DNA of 64,000 nucleotides from an uncultured Hyphomonas sp. (GTDB taxonomy: Bacteria > Pseudomonadota > Alphaproteobacteria > Caulobacterales > Hyphomonadaceae), in NCBI GenBank assembly GCA_964538945.1, contig CAZIGV010000013.1, positions 12,148 through 76,147 of the forward strand, read 5' to 3'. The notes beneath the pieces were generated by a model that worked only from the letters and a program-made list of their open reading frames with translations, ran no database searches and was not told the DNA's origin. Shown piece after piece: positions 1 to 9,303 of the stretch. Position 1 is the first letter of the stretch. Each line of letters opens with the position of its first letter. The position numbers and the translations under genes are program-made.

Positions 1-2
1 TC

Positions 3-1091
3 GAAATCTGCCGCGCAATAGGCGCCGCCGGACTGTCGGGTGAACCGGCAAGGGTCGTGCTCGAGAAGCCGATCGGGACGGATCTTGAATCCGCCCGGGC
101 GATCAATGACGGTGTCGGGCAGGTATTCACGGAGCGGCAGGTCTTTCGTATCGACCACTATCTCGGCAAGGAAACCGTACAGAACCTGATGGTGCTGCGA
201 TTTGCCAACATGCTGTTCGAGCCGCTCTGGTCGCACAATTATATCGACCACGTGCAGATTACGGTTGCGGAAAATCTCGGGCTTGAGGGCAGGGCCGATT
301 ACTATGACCGCTCGGGCGCACTTCGGGATATGGTGCAGAACCATCTCCTGCAGCTGCTTTGCCTGACTGCAATGGAGCCCCCCAACAACCTCGGCGATGA
401 CGATATCCGCACCGAGAAGATCAAAGTGCTCAACGCACTGAGCCCGATTTTGCCGGACCAGGTGCGCAAGCAGACCGTACGCGGACAATATATTGCGGGC
501 CTGTTCGATGGTAAGCCAGCCAAGGGTTATCTGGAAGAGCTCTCCTCGGCGACCGGAAGCCGGACCGAGACATTTGTCGCTGCCAAAGCGGAAGTGAAGA
601 ACTGGCGCTGGGCTGGCGTGCCGTTCTACCTGCGCACCGGCAAACGGATGTCAGGGCGGCATTCTGATATCGTGATCCAGTTCAAGGCGGCGCCGCACAA
701 CATTTTCGACCAGTCGGTTGAGAACGTGAACCGTCTCGTTATCCGTCTGCAGCCGGATGAGGCGGTGCGCCTGTTCGTACAGATCAAGGAGCCTGGTCCC
801 GGAGGGCTGCGCGTCAAGTCGCTGCCTCTGAACCTCTCTTATGCCGAGAGCTTCATGCTGCGCTATCCGGACGCCTATGAGCGCTTGCTGATGGATGTTG
901 TACGCGGAAACCTGTCCTTGTTCATGCGGCGCGATGAGGTCGAGGCGGCCTGGCGCTGGGTGGATGGCCTGATTGAAGCCTGGGACGTCAGCGGTTATCT
1001 GCCTGAGCCATACCCGGCGGGTACGGACGGCCCGCTTTCGGCTGCTATGATGATGGACCGCGACGGACGCAACTGGTGGAGGGAAAGCTAG
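3..1091 (+). CDS. zwf: Glucose-6-phosphate 1-dehydrogenase (5'-truncated by window edge)
   Basis: Frame is open from position 3 (EICRAIGAAGLSGEPARVVLEKP). G6PD motifs VVLEKPIG, RIDHYLGKE, DMVQNHLLQL, WAGVPFYLRTGKR, YERLL. Confidence 0.97.
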   Translation, partial: EICRAIGAAGLSGEPARVVLEKPIGTDLESARAINDGVGQVFTERQVFRIDHYLGKETVQNLMVLRFANMLFEPLWSHNYIDHVQITVAENLGLEGRADYYDRSGALRDMVQNHLLQLLCLTAMEPPNNLGDDDIRTEKIKVLNALSPILPDQVRKQTVRGQYIAGLFDGKPAKGYLEELSSATGSRTETFVAAKAEVKNWRWAGVPFYLRTGKRMSGRHSDIVIQFKAAPHNIFDQSVENVNRLVIRLQPDEAVRLFVQIKEPGPGGLRVKSLPLNLSYAESFMLRYPDAYERLLMDVVRGNLSLFMRRDEVEAAWRWVDGLIEAWDVSGYLPEPYPAGTDGPLSAAMMMDRDGRNWWRES

Positions 1092-1096
1092 GCGTC

Positions 1097-1795
1097 ATGG
1101 AACCGCGGTTGATGACTTACGCCACGCGGGAAGCCGCGTCGAAAGCGGTGTCGGCGTTCGCCGCACAGGCGCTTGCGGCCGATATTGCCCAACAGGGGCG
1201 GGCAAGCCTGTTTGTGTCGGGTGGATCAACGCCCAGGCAAACCTTTGAGATCTTGAGCGGCGAGCCGCTCGACTGGTCGAAGGTTACGGCCGGGCTGGTC
1301 GATGAGCGCTGGGTTCCACCGGACCATGCGGACTCCAATGAGCGCCTCGTTCGGAGCCATCTCCTGAAATCGTTTGCCGGAGCAGCTGGCCTCTTGCCGA
1401 TGTGGACGCCTGGCGTCGATGCCGGACTGGCAGCGGCGGAGCGCGATCTGGCCTACCGTCCCCATTGTGTGTCGCCGTCTTTTGTTCTGCTGGGCATGGG
1501 GACGGACGGGCATACGGCCAGCTGGTTTCCGCGAATGCCCGGGCTCGATAAGGCCCTGACGAGCGATAATGGTCAGTGTGTGATGATGGCGCAGGCAGCC
1601 GGGGCGCCGGTGCCGCATCGGCTGACCTTGACCGGCGCGGCTGTTGTCCGTGCCAGACGTGCTGTTCTGTTGATTTTCGGCCGCGAAAAGCTGGCAGTGC
1701 TGGAGACCGCGATGGCGTCAGATGCGCATGCTTTTCCGGTTCGTTTTGCAATCGACGGCCTTGGTGACCGGTTGCTGATCATGTGGGCAGAATAG
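1097..1795 (+). CDS. pgl: 6-phosphogluconolactonase
   Basis: VSGGSTP, LVDERWVP, SNERLVR, LLGMGTDGHTASWFP. Lies between zwf and edd. Start placed at ATG 1097, downstream of the zwf stop, rather than the ORF-track 1076. Confidence 0.93.
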   Translation: MEPRLMTYATREAASKAVSAFAAQALAADIAQQGRASLFVSGGSTPRQTFEILSGEPLDWSKVTAGLVDERWVPPDHADSNERLVRSHLLKSFAGAAGLLPMWTPGVDAGLAAAERDLAYRPHCVSPSFVLLGMGTDGHTASWFPRMPGLDKALTSDNGQCVMMAQAAGAPVPHRLTLTGAAVVRARRAVLLIFGREKLAVLETAMASDAHAFPVRFAIDGLGDRLLIMWAE

Positions 1796-3631
1796 ATGAC
1801 CATCAAGCTAAACCCTGTCGTTGAAGAAGTAACTGCCCGGATTGAGGCGCGTTCGGCGGATGCGCGCAGCGCTTACCTCGAGCTGATCCGGTCTCGCAGG
1901 CCGACGGGCTTTGCGCGTTCTCGCCTGACAGACGGCAATCTGGCCCATGCGTCGGCCGGCTGTTCGGTGATCGAAAAGGCGCAGATCCTCGGTGCCGGCT
2001 GGCCGGTGATCGGCATCATCACCGCTTACAACGACATGCTGTCGGCGCATGCGCCGTTTGAGGACTATCCGAAACTCTTGCGTGAGGCGGCGCGCGAAGT
2101 TCACGCTGTGGCACAGGTTGCGGGCGGGGTGCCGGCTATGTGCGATGGGATCACTCAAGGTCAGGAAGGGATGGAGCTGTCTCTGTTCTCACGCGACGTG
2201 ATTGCCATGGCATCGGCTGTCGGCCTGTCCCATGACTCTTTCGATGCTGCGCTGCATCTTGGTGTTTGCGACAAGATCATCCCGGGGCTTGTGATTGCGG
2301 CGCTCAGGTTCGGTTGGCTTCCCTCGATATTTGTTCCCGCCGGGCCGATGCCGTCGGGCCTGCCCAACCCGGAGAAAGTCCGCATCCGGCAGCTTTTCGC
2401 CGAAGGAAAGGTCGGGCGCGAGGCTTTGCTCAAAGCGGAGGCTGCAAGCTATCACGGGCAGGGCACCTGCACGTTTTATGGTACCGCCAATTCAAATCAG
2501 ATGCTCATGGAAGTCATGGGGTTTCATCTGCCTGGGGCGGCCTTCCCTAATCCGGGCACCCCGCTGAGAACCGCGCTCACGCGCGCGGCCGCGCAGAAGG
2601 CAGCAAGCCTGACGGCGCAGGGAAGCGACTACCGTCCGCTCGGAGAGCTTTGCGATGCTCGCAGCGTAGTCAACGGTATTGTCGGTCTGATGGCGACGGG
2701 GGGCTCGACCAACCATGCGATACACATTCCCGCCATGGCTGCGGCGGCCGGTTGGGAGGTGACGCTCCAGGATTTCGCCGACCTGTCCAAGGTTACCCCC
2801 TTGCTCGCGCGCGTCTATCCGAATGGTCCGGCGGATGTGAACCACTTCCACGCCGCTGGCGGCATGGGCTTCCTGATCGCGGAGCTGATCAGGGCGGGTC
2901 TGATGCACGGTGATGCGGCAGGTATCGCCGGGCCATTGACTGTCTATGCGCAGGAGCCCGTCCTCGAGGATGGCCGGCTGACCTGGCGGCCGGCGCCGCA
3001 CAGGAGTGCGGACACCGACGTACTCCGGTCTGCTGACAGCCCGTTTTCTTCCGATGGTGGATTACGCCTGATGCAGGGTCTGCTCGGGGAAGGGGTCTGC
3101 AAGGTTTCGGCTGTCAAGGCTTCTCACAGGCTGGTCGAGGCACCGGCAATGGTTTTCGAGTCGCAGGAAGGGCTGAAGGAGGCGTTCGAGGCGGGGAAAC
3201 TGGACCGCGACTTTGTCGCCGTGGTCCGGTTCCAGGGGCCTGCTGCCAATGGCATGCCGGAACTGCACGGGCTGAGCCCGATCCTGGGAGTGTTGCAGGA
3301 CCGCGGTCATAAGGTGGCCCTTGTGACTGACGGGCGCATGTCCGGGGCAAGCGGCAAGATACCGGCAGCGATCCATATCTGCCCCGAGGCTGCGAGGGGC
3401 GGCAACATTGCCAAGCTGCGCGATGGCGACGTCATCCGGCTGGATGCGGAACGGGGGCTGCTGGAAATCAGGGTCGAAGAGGCTGAATTTCATGCGAGGC
3501 AGGTGGCAGAATTCAGGCCAAACCGTTCGCCGGCCGGACTTGGACGGGAGATGTTTGATCTGCTGCGTCAGTCGGTGGGCGCGGCTTCGTCTGGTGCGAG
3601 TCCCTTTACCTTTCCGGGTTTGCGGGCCTGA
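1796..3631 (+). CDS. edd: Phosphogluconate dehydratase (Entner-Doudoroff)
   Basis: IlvD/Edd motifs [56 protein letters not shown] immediately follows the pgl TAG. Confidence 0.97.
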   Translation: MTIKLNPVVEEVTARIEARSADARSAYLELIRSRRPTGFARSRLTDGNLAHASAGCSVIEKAQILGAGWPVIGIITAYNDMLSAHAPFEDYPKLLREAAREVHAVAQVAGGVPAMCDGITQGQEGMELSLFSRDVIAMASAVGLSHDSFDAALHLGVCDKIIPGLVIAALRFGWLPSIFVPAGPMPSGLPNPEKVRIRQLFAEGKVGREALLKAEAASYHGQGTCTFYGTANSNQMLMEVMGFHLPGAAFPNPGTPLRTALTRAAAQKAASLTAQGSDYRPLGELCDARSVVNGIVGLMATGGSTNHAIHIPAMAAAAGWEVTLQDFADLSKVTPLLARVYPNGPADVNHFHAAGGMGFLIAELIRAGLMHGDAAGIAGPLTVYAQEPVLEDGRLTWRPAPHRSADTDVLRSADSPFSSDGGLRLMQGLLGEGVCKVSAVKASHRLVEAPAMVFESQEGLKEAFEAGKLDRDFVAVVRFQGPAANGMPELHGLSPILGVLQDRGHKVALVTDGRMSGASGKIPAAIHICPEAARGGNIAKLRDGDVIRLDAERGLLEIRVEEAEFHARQVAEFRPNRSPAGLGREMFDLLRQSVGAASSGASPFTFPGLRA

Positions 3632-4593
3632 TGATGGACGGGCCGGTGCTGGTGGGAGATGTGGGCGGAACGAACGTTCGTTTCGCCTGGGCCGTTCGAC
3701 GGGGCGGCGCGTTCAGGATGGAGCGCTTCGAGGTGCTCCAGGGCAAGGATTTCCCGACCTTCGAGGAGGCCCTCCAGCGTTACCTGGATCAGTCCGGCGT
3801 CAGGCCGGCGCTTGCCTGCTTCGCCATGGCCGGGCCGGTCAAGGATGGGGTTGGGCGGCTTACCAATCGTGACTGGCTGATCTCCGGTGAAACGATTGCT
3901 GCCCGGTTTGGCATTGCGGACGTAATGGTCATCAATGACTTCCTGGCGATGGCGCGGTCGGTGCCTGAACTGGATCAGGACGCCTTTGAGAGCCTTTTTG
4001 AAGGCGATGTTGTTGCGGGAGCGCCCACGATCGTCGCTGGTCCCGGAACGGGATTGGGCGTCTCGACGCTGGTTCCTTCCGGCGAGGGCTGGAGGGTAAT
4101 TTCCGGCGAGGGTGGCCACACCGCCTATTCGCCGCGAACGGACCTCGAGCATGATGTGTCACGCGTGTTGAAGCGCGACCACGGATATGTTTCGAACGAG
4201 CTGATTGCCTCGGGCAGCGGGCTTGTCGCCGTGCACCGTGCCTTCTGTGAATTGTTCGGCCGCAGCTACGAACCCGTCTCGCCTGCAGAAATGCGGGTGA
4301 GGTCTGATGCGGGTGACGGGATGTTCCGGTCGCTGATCGAGCTTCGCGCGCTTGCCGTGATGGGTTTTGTGGGTGATCTGGCGCTGATTAATGGCGCGCT
4401 TGGCGGTGTGGTGCTGGCTGGCGGCGTCTCAGAGCGGATATCAGACTTCCTCAGGACGCCTGCGGCGCGCGAGCGGTTCGTCGCGCGTGGGCCGATGAGT
4501 GATTTCCTGAGCCGGTGTCCGGTAAGACTGCTGCACGAGCCTGTCGCACCGCTGGTCGGAGCCGCCGCGCACTTCGTGCAAGCCCGTAACTGA
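3631..4593 (+). CDS. glk: Glucokinase
   Basis: GDVGGTNVRFA, INDF, GPGTGLG, GEGGH, GGVVLAGGV. TGATG overlap with edd. Confidence 0.95.
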   Translation: MMDGPVLVGDVGGTNVRFAWAVRRGGAFRMERFEVLQGKDFPTFEEALQRYLDQSGVRPALACFAMAGPVKDGVGRLTNRDWLISGETIAARFGIADVMVINDFLAMARSVPELDQDAFESLFEGDVVAGAPTIVAGPGTGLGVSTLVPSGEGWRVISGEGGHTAYSPRTDLEHDVSRVLKRDHGYVSNELIASGSGLVAVHRAFCELFGRSYEPVSPAEMRVRSDAGDGMFRSLIELRALAVMGFVGDLALINGALGGVVLAGGVSERISDFLRTPAARERFVARGPMSDFLSRCPVRLLHEPVAPLVGAAAHFVQARN

Positions 4594-4801
4594 AGCCCGC
4601 CACGTGTGAACCGGCCCCGGCGGTCGATCTGGCACCTTGCAAATTCCGTAATGCAAAATATGCAAAAAAAATAGCTGAGGAACGATAAGTGGCCGGCAGC
4701 GCGCAGATCCATATACCTCCACATATACAAGGAAATACGGAGTAACCGCTCCGGGTCTGTGGCGCGTCCGCAACAATCGGGGGGATATTCCCGACGGCGG
4801 C

Positions 4802-4830
4802 TTGCAAGGTTTGCATTTTGTTGCGATAAA
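4802..4830 (+). promoter_or_regulatory. Putative sigma70 promoter of the TBDR gene, overlapped by a TGCAA-N3-TTGCA inverted repeat
   Basis: TTGCAA (4802-4807), then 17 bp, then GATAAA (4825-4830). Palindrome TGCAAggtTTGCA at 4803-4815. SD GGGAGG at 4867-4872, 5 nt before ATG 4878. Confidence 0.4.
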
Positions 4831-4877
4831 TTTCCAAAGCACTGTTTCGGTAAACGGACGGGCTCTGGGAGGATTAC

Positions 4878-7688
4878 ATGGACGTCAATCTGAAAATGAA
4901 CCGCGCACGCCTCATGATGAGTGCTGCAACAGGTCTTGTTCTGCTCATGTCGGGGGCTGCCTGGGCGCAAACGGACGACCCGGCCGCGCCGGTTGCTGCA
5001 GAACAGCCTGAGGCGCCTGAGGCGGAAGACAGCCGGACGCTTGATAAGGTGGTGATCACGGGTATCCGGTCGTCCATTGAGAACTCGCTGCTGACAAAAA
5101 AGAACGAGACGTCCATCGTCGAGGTCATCTCGTCGGAAGACATCGGCAAGCTTCCCGACCTTTCGATCGCTGACTCGCTCGCCCGCCTCCCCGGCGTCAC
5201 GGCCCAGCGGGTGCGCGGCCGGTCCCAGCAGGTTTCCATCCGGGGCCTGGGTCCTGATTTTTCGCTCGCCTTGCTCAACGGACGTGAAGTGGTGTCCGCC
5301 GGCAATAACCGCGGCGTCGAGTTCGACCAGTTCCCGTCAGAACTGGTTGCCCAGGGTGTTGTCTACAAGACCCCGGATGCGCGACTGGCTGCGACCGGTA
5401 TCGCCGGCGCGGTCGACCTGCGCACCATCCGTCCGCTCGACTATGACGATGTCCGTCTCAATCTTTCGGCCAAGTATTCCCAGAATGACAATGGCCAGCT
5501 GAACCCCGACTTCAATGATGACGGGTATCGCATATTCGGATCCTATATTGACCAGAATGATGCCGGCACGATCGGCTGGTCGCTGGCTGCAACAGTCCAG
5601 TCGAACCCGACGCAGTTCTACTCACGCGAACTGAAGACGAACTCCGGTCAGACGCGGGTCAACCCGGCGACGGGCCTTGTCTATCCCACGGACAATCCGC
5701 GCTCAGGCGTCGTTTCGCGCGAGTTCCAGCGGACGTCTGTGGCAGGAAGCCTGCAGTTTGAACCTACGGAACGCTGGCAGACGACGATCGATGCCTTCTA
5801 CTCGGATACCGAGGATTCGGGCATTTTCCGGGGTGTCGAGACGCCGATTGCCTCCTGGGCCAATTCCAGTCCGGCGCTGATCAGTATCACCGGAACCTCC
5901 GGTTTCGCCGACAGCGCGACCTATCGCCCGGTCAACCCGATCCTTCGCACCGACACCGAAGGCAATACAGCAGAGATCTGGGCGGCAGGCATCAATTCCT
6001 CCTACCAGGTCACGGATCGGCTGAAACTGACCGGTGACCTGTCGATATCGACGCTCGACCGCAATGATATCGACTATGAATCCTATGCGGGTACGGGCTT
6101 CGGCGGTACGGGTGCGTTCGACACCATGACGTTCCTGTTCCCGGATGACGGCGCATATCGCATCAATACGCTCCTCGACTATACCGATCCGTCGGTGGTT
6201 GTTCTCACAGATCCGGGCGGCTGGGGCCAGGTTGGCTTCATCAAGCAGCCGAAGATCGAGGATGAACTCAACCAGATCCGTCTCGAAGCGGAGTATTCAA
6301 CCGACCTTCCCTTCATTTCAGGGCTGGTTGGCGGTGTGATCCTGACCAATCGGGAAAAGACCTTCGATTCCAACGAAGCCTTCCTTCGCGCCGGTCCGGG
6401 GTTTGTCGGCGGTGAGCTGGCGATCCCGGCAAGCACGATCGTGGGCGCCACCAGCTCCGGTTCACTCGGCTTCGACATGATCGCCTACGATCCGGCGCGG
6501 TTCCTGACCGACGGCACGTACAGGCTCGATGATGCCAATGATACCCAGTGGTCGGTCGAAGAGGAACTGCGGACCTGGTATGCGATGGCAAACATCGACG
6601 GTGAGTTTTCCGGTGTGCCGGTCCGCGGAAACATTGGCGTCCAGTACGTTCAGACAGAGCAGTCATCGAGCGGCACACTGAACTTTGCCAATAATCGGTT
6701 CGAGCAGACCGTCGAGGACGATTATTCCAACGTCTTGCCGAGTGCGAACCTCAGCTTCGAGGTGAGCCCGGATACGTTCGTCAGGGTTGCGGCAGCAAAG
6801 ACGCTGACGCGCCCGCGGCTGGATCAGCTTGCCGCCAATCAGGGCCTTGGCTCGAACCCCTTGTCCTGTATCGACACGAACGCCGATCAGCTGCCTGACG
6901 TCGTGGTCGCTGTGAACCCGCAAGCCGGTTTGACCTGCTTCTCACAGTCCGGTGGCAACCCGTTCCTTCAGCCGTATCAGTCCACATCCTATGACCTCGC
7001 CTTCGAGCGTTATTTTGGCTCTGCAACGGCCTTCTCGGTTGCCGTGTTCCACAAGGAGCTTTCCGACTGGGTGATCGATCGCTCGCTCATACTCGATGGG
7101 ACTCAATCGATCGAGGCGGGCGGTCTCGGCGCCTTCCTTGCTGCGAATCCGCAGGTCGCCGATGTGCTGTTCAGCGGTCCGGAAAACTTCGCTGACGGAT
7201 CCATAACAGGGCTTGAAGCGACATTGCGCGTGAGCCTTGACGAGGTGTTACCTGAGGTTCTCGAAGGATTTGGTTTCACGGCGAGCTATACCTATGCCGA
7301 TAACGGACTGAAGAATCCGGCTGGCAATGAGATCGCCATTCCAGGTTATTCCGATACCGTTTGGTCCGGCGACATATATTATGAAAACCATGGCTGGCGC
7401 ACGCGCCTGAGTGCGCGTCACCGTTCCGACTTCCTGTCTGAGATACAGAACTTCGACGGTTCGCTCTCGGGCGCACAGGCACTCGAGGAAACCATGGTGG
7501 ATCTGCAGATCGGCTACGAGTGGGATGAGGGGCCGCTGCAAGGGTTCGGTGTCAATTTTGAAGTGTTCAATCTGACCGACGAACCGTTCGTGACCGAGAA
7601 TGTGACTGCAAATCCTGACGTCACCTTCCCCAGCCGGCATGAGCTGTACGGCACGACCTATAACATCACGATCTCGAAATCGTTCTGA
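4878..7688 (+). CDS. TonB-dependent outer-membrane receptor (Caulobacter/Xanthomonas carbohydrate-type)
   Basis: Signal peptide ending AWA-Q. TonB box LDKVVITG. Plug SSEDIGKLPDLSIADSLARLPGV. Late-barrel motifs NVLPSANLSF and GGNPFLQPY. C-terminal Phe (ISKSF). Confidence 0.95.
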   Translation: MDVNLKMNRARLMMSAATGLVLLMSGAAWAQTDDPAAPVAAEQPEAPEAEDSRTLDKVVITGIRSSIENSLLTKKNETSIVEVISSEDIGKLPDLSIADSLARLPGVTAQRVRGRSQQVSIRGLGPDFSLALLNGREVVSAGNNRGVEFDQFPSELVAQGVVYKTPDARLAATGIAGAVDLRTIRPLDYDDVRLNLSAKYSQNDNGQLNPDFNDDGYRIFGSYIDQNDAGTIGWSLAATVQSNPTQFYSRELKTNSGQTRVNPATGLVYPTDNPRSGVVSREFQRTSVAGSLQFEPTERWQTTIDAFYSDTEDSGIFRGVETPIASWANSSPALISITGTSGFADSATYRPVNPILRTDTEGNTAEIWAAGINSSYQVTDRLKLTGDLSISTLDRNDIDYESYAGTGFGGTGAFDTMTFLFPDDGAYRINTLLDYTDPSVVVLTDPGGWGQVGFIKQPKIEDELNQIRLEAEYSTDLPFISGLVGGVILTNREKTFDSNEAFLRAGPGFVGGELAIPASTIVGATSSGSLGFDMIAYDPARFLTDGTYRLDDANDTQWSVEEELRTWYAMANIDGEFSGVPVRGNIGVQYVQTEQSSSGTLNFANNRFEQTVEDDYSNVLPSANLSFEVSPDTFVRVAAAKTLTRPRLDQLAANQGLGSNPLSCIDTNADQLPDVVVAVNPQAGLTCFSQSGGNPFLQPYQSTSYDLAFERYFGSATAFSVAVFHKELSDWVIDRSLILDGTQSIEAGGLGAFLAANPQVADVLFSGPENFADGSITGLEATLRVSLDEVLPEVLEGFGFTASYTYADNGLKNPAGNEIAIPGYSDTVWSGDIYYENHGWRTRLSARHRSDFLSEIQNFDGSLSGAQALEETMVDLQIGYEWDEGPLQGFGVNFEVFNLTDEPFVTENVTANPDVTFPSRHELYGTTYNITISKSF

Positions 7689-7712
7689 CGTATTCGGGAT
7701 GAGGAAATGCGC

Positions 7713-7747
7713 AGGCCCGCCCCGAACAGGGCGGGCCTTCTGTTTTT
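7713..7747 (+). terminator. Rho-independent terminator-like hairpin after the TBDR gene
   Basis: 10-bp stem AGGCCCGCCC (7713-7722) / GGGCGGGCCT (7729-7738), 6-nt loop, then TCTGTTTTT. Confidence 0.8.
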
Positions 7748-7794
7748 GGCGTTCAGCGGATACTGAAGATTAAAGGCGAGAAGAGGATTATCGG

Positions 7795-9303
7795 ATGCGT
7801 CACAATCCGATCCGTTCAATCGTTATCGTTGGTGGCGGGACCGCCGGCTGGATTGCGGCGGCCGCTTTGTCAAAGCTGCTGCCACGGACCCTTCAGATCA
7901 CCCTGATTGAATCTGAGGCAATCGGCACAGTCGGTGTCGGCGAAGCGACGATTCCCCAGATCCGGCGTTTGAATGGTACGCTCGGGCTCGATGAGGATGA
8001 TTTTCTGCGGTCCACCCAGGCGTCGTTCAAGCTGGGCATCGAATTCGTAAACTGGGGGCGCGTCGGCGATCGCTACCTGCACACGTTCGGTGATCCGGGA
8101 ATAAACCTCGCCAATCTTCACTTCCATCACTACTGGCTGCGCGCGCGCGCCGAAGGAAGTGAGGCGAGCCTTTGGGACTACTCTCTGCACCAACACGTTG
8201 CCCGGTCTAACAGGTTCGGAAGGCTGGAGCGCGTCGGCAACACCTCGATGACGGGACTTGCCTATGCCTTCCACTTCGATGCGTCACTGTATGCTGGCTA
8301 CCTGCGAAAGCTTGCCGAAGCCTGCGGGGTTGTGCGCGTGGAGGGCAAGATCGCGGCGGTAACGCTCAAGTCCGATACCGGGTTCATCGAGAGCGTCTCA
8401 CTGCAGGCGGGGCCTGTCATATCCGGAGACCTCTTCATCGATTGCTCCGGCTTTCGTGGATTACTGATCGGTGATGCCCTCGGTGTCCGATATCAGGACT
8501 GGTCCAGGTGGCTCCCCTGCAACCGGGCCTGGGCTGTTGCCTGCGAACGGGCAGGGCCGCTTTTGCCTTACACGCGCGCGACGGCGCATTCTGCCGGATG
8601 GCAATGGCGCATCCCGCTTCAGCACCGGACCGGCAACGGGCATGTATTCTGCGACAGTTTCATTTCCGAGGATGAAGCCGCACGGGTGCTCACGGACGCT
8701 CTCGACGGACGGATGATCGGTGAGCCCCGGCCGCTGAAGTTCACCACGGGCCGGCGTGAGGCCTTCTGGCACAAGAATTGTGTTTCCATCGGCCTCGCAA
8801 GCGGATTTCTGGAGCCGCTTGAATCGACGTCAATTCATCTGATCCAGTCCAACATTTCCCGGTTGATCGAGCTCTTTCCATCTCGCAGTTTCGATCCGGC
8901 CACGATTGCCGAGTATAACCGCAGGGTCGGTCATGAGTTCGAGCTGATCCGGGATTTCCTGATATTGCACTATAACCGCACAGACCGGAATGATTCCGAA
9001 TTCTGGAACTACTGTCGCAACATGGCCATTCCGGAAAGCTTGGCTGCCAAGGTGCGGTTGTTCGAAGAAAACGGGCTGCTCCACAAGGATCCGGAGGATC
9101 TGTTCAGGGAGTCGAGCTGGGTGCAGGTGATGATCGGTCAGGGCCTGTCTCCGAGAGGTTATCATGCCATGGCAGACCGTCTGTCAACGGAGCAGTTGTC
9201 GGCGTTCCTGGCGGATGTACAGCGCATCATCGCGCGCGCAGAGGGTGCGTTGACCGGGCATGCCGAGTTCATCGAGGCTCACTGCAAGGCGGACTTGCAG
9301 TAG
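7795..9303 (+). CDS. Flavin-dependent halogenase, tryptophan halogenase family (copy 1)
   Basis: GGGTAG (FAD binding), GVGEATIP, FK79LGIEF (PrnA K79 equivalent), WQWRIP (WxWxIP), FLEPLESTS. No signal peptide. Confidence 0.93.
   Translation: MRHNPIRSIVIVGGGTAGWIAAAALSKLLPRTLQITLIESEAIGTVGVGEATIPQIRRLNGTLGLDEDDFLRSTQASFKLGIEFVNWGRVGDRYLHTFGDPGINLANLHFHHYWLRARAEGSEASLWDYSLHQHVARSNRFGRLERVGNTSMTGLAYAFHFDASLYAGYLRKLAEACGVVRVEGKIAAVTLKSDTGFIESVSLQAGPVISGDLFIDCSGFRGLLIGDALGVRYQDWSRWLPCNRAWAVACERAGPLLPYTRATAHSAGWQWRIPLQHRTGNGHVFCDSFISEDEAARVLTDALDGRMIGEPRPLKFTTGRREAFWHKNCVSIGLASGFLEPLESTSIHLIQSNISRLIELFPSRSFDPATIAEYNRRVGHEFELIRDFLILHYNRTDRNDSEFWNYCRNMAIPESLAAKVRLFEENGLLHKDPEDLFRESSWVQVMIGQGLSPRGYHAMADRLSTEQLSAFLADVQRIIARAEGALTGHAEFIEAHCKADLQ

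Noticed and set aside
4630-4645. TGGCAC...TTGC resembling a sigma54 -24/-12 promoter
   Set aside because: The GG-to-GC spacing is too short (TGGCACCTTGC); the required GC at 4643-4644 is AT.
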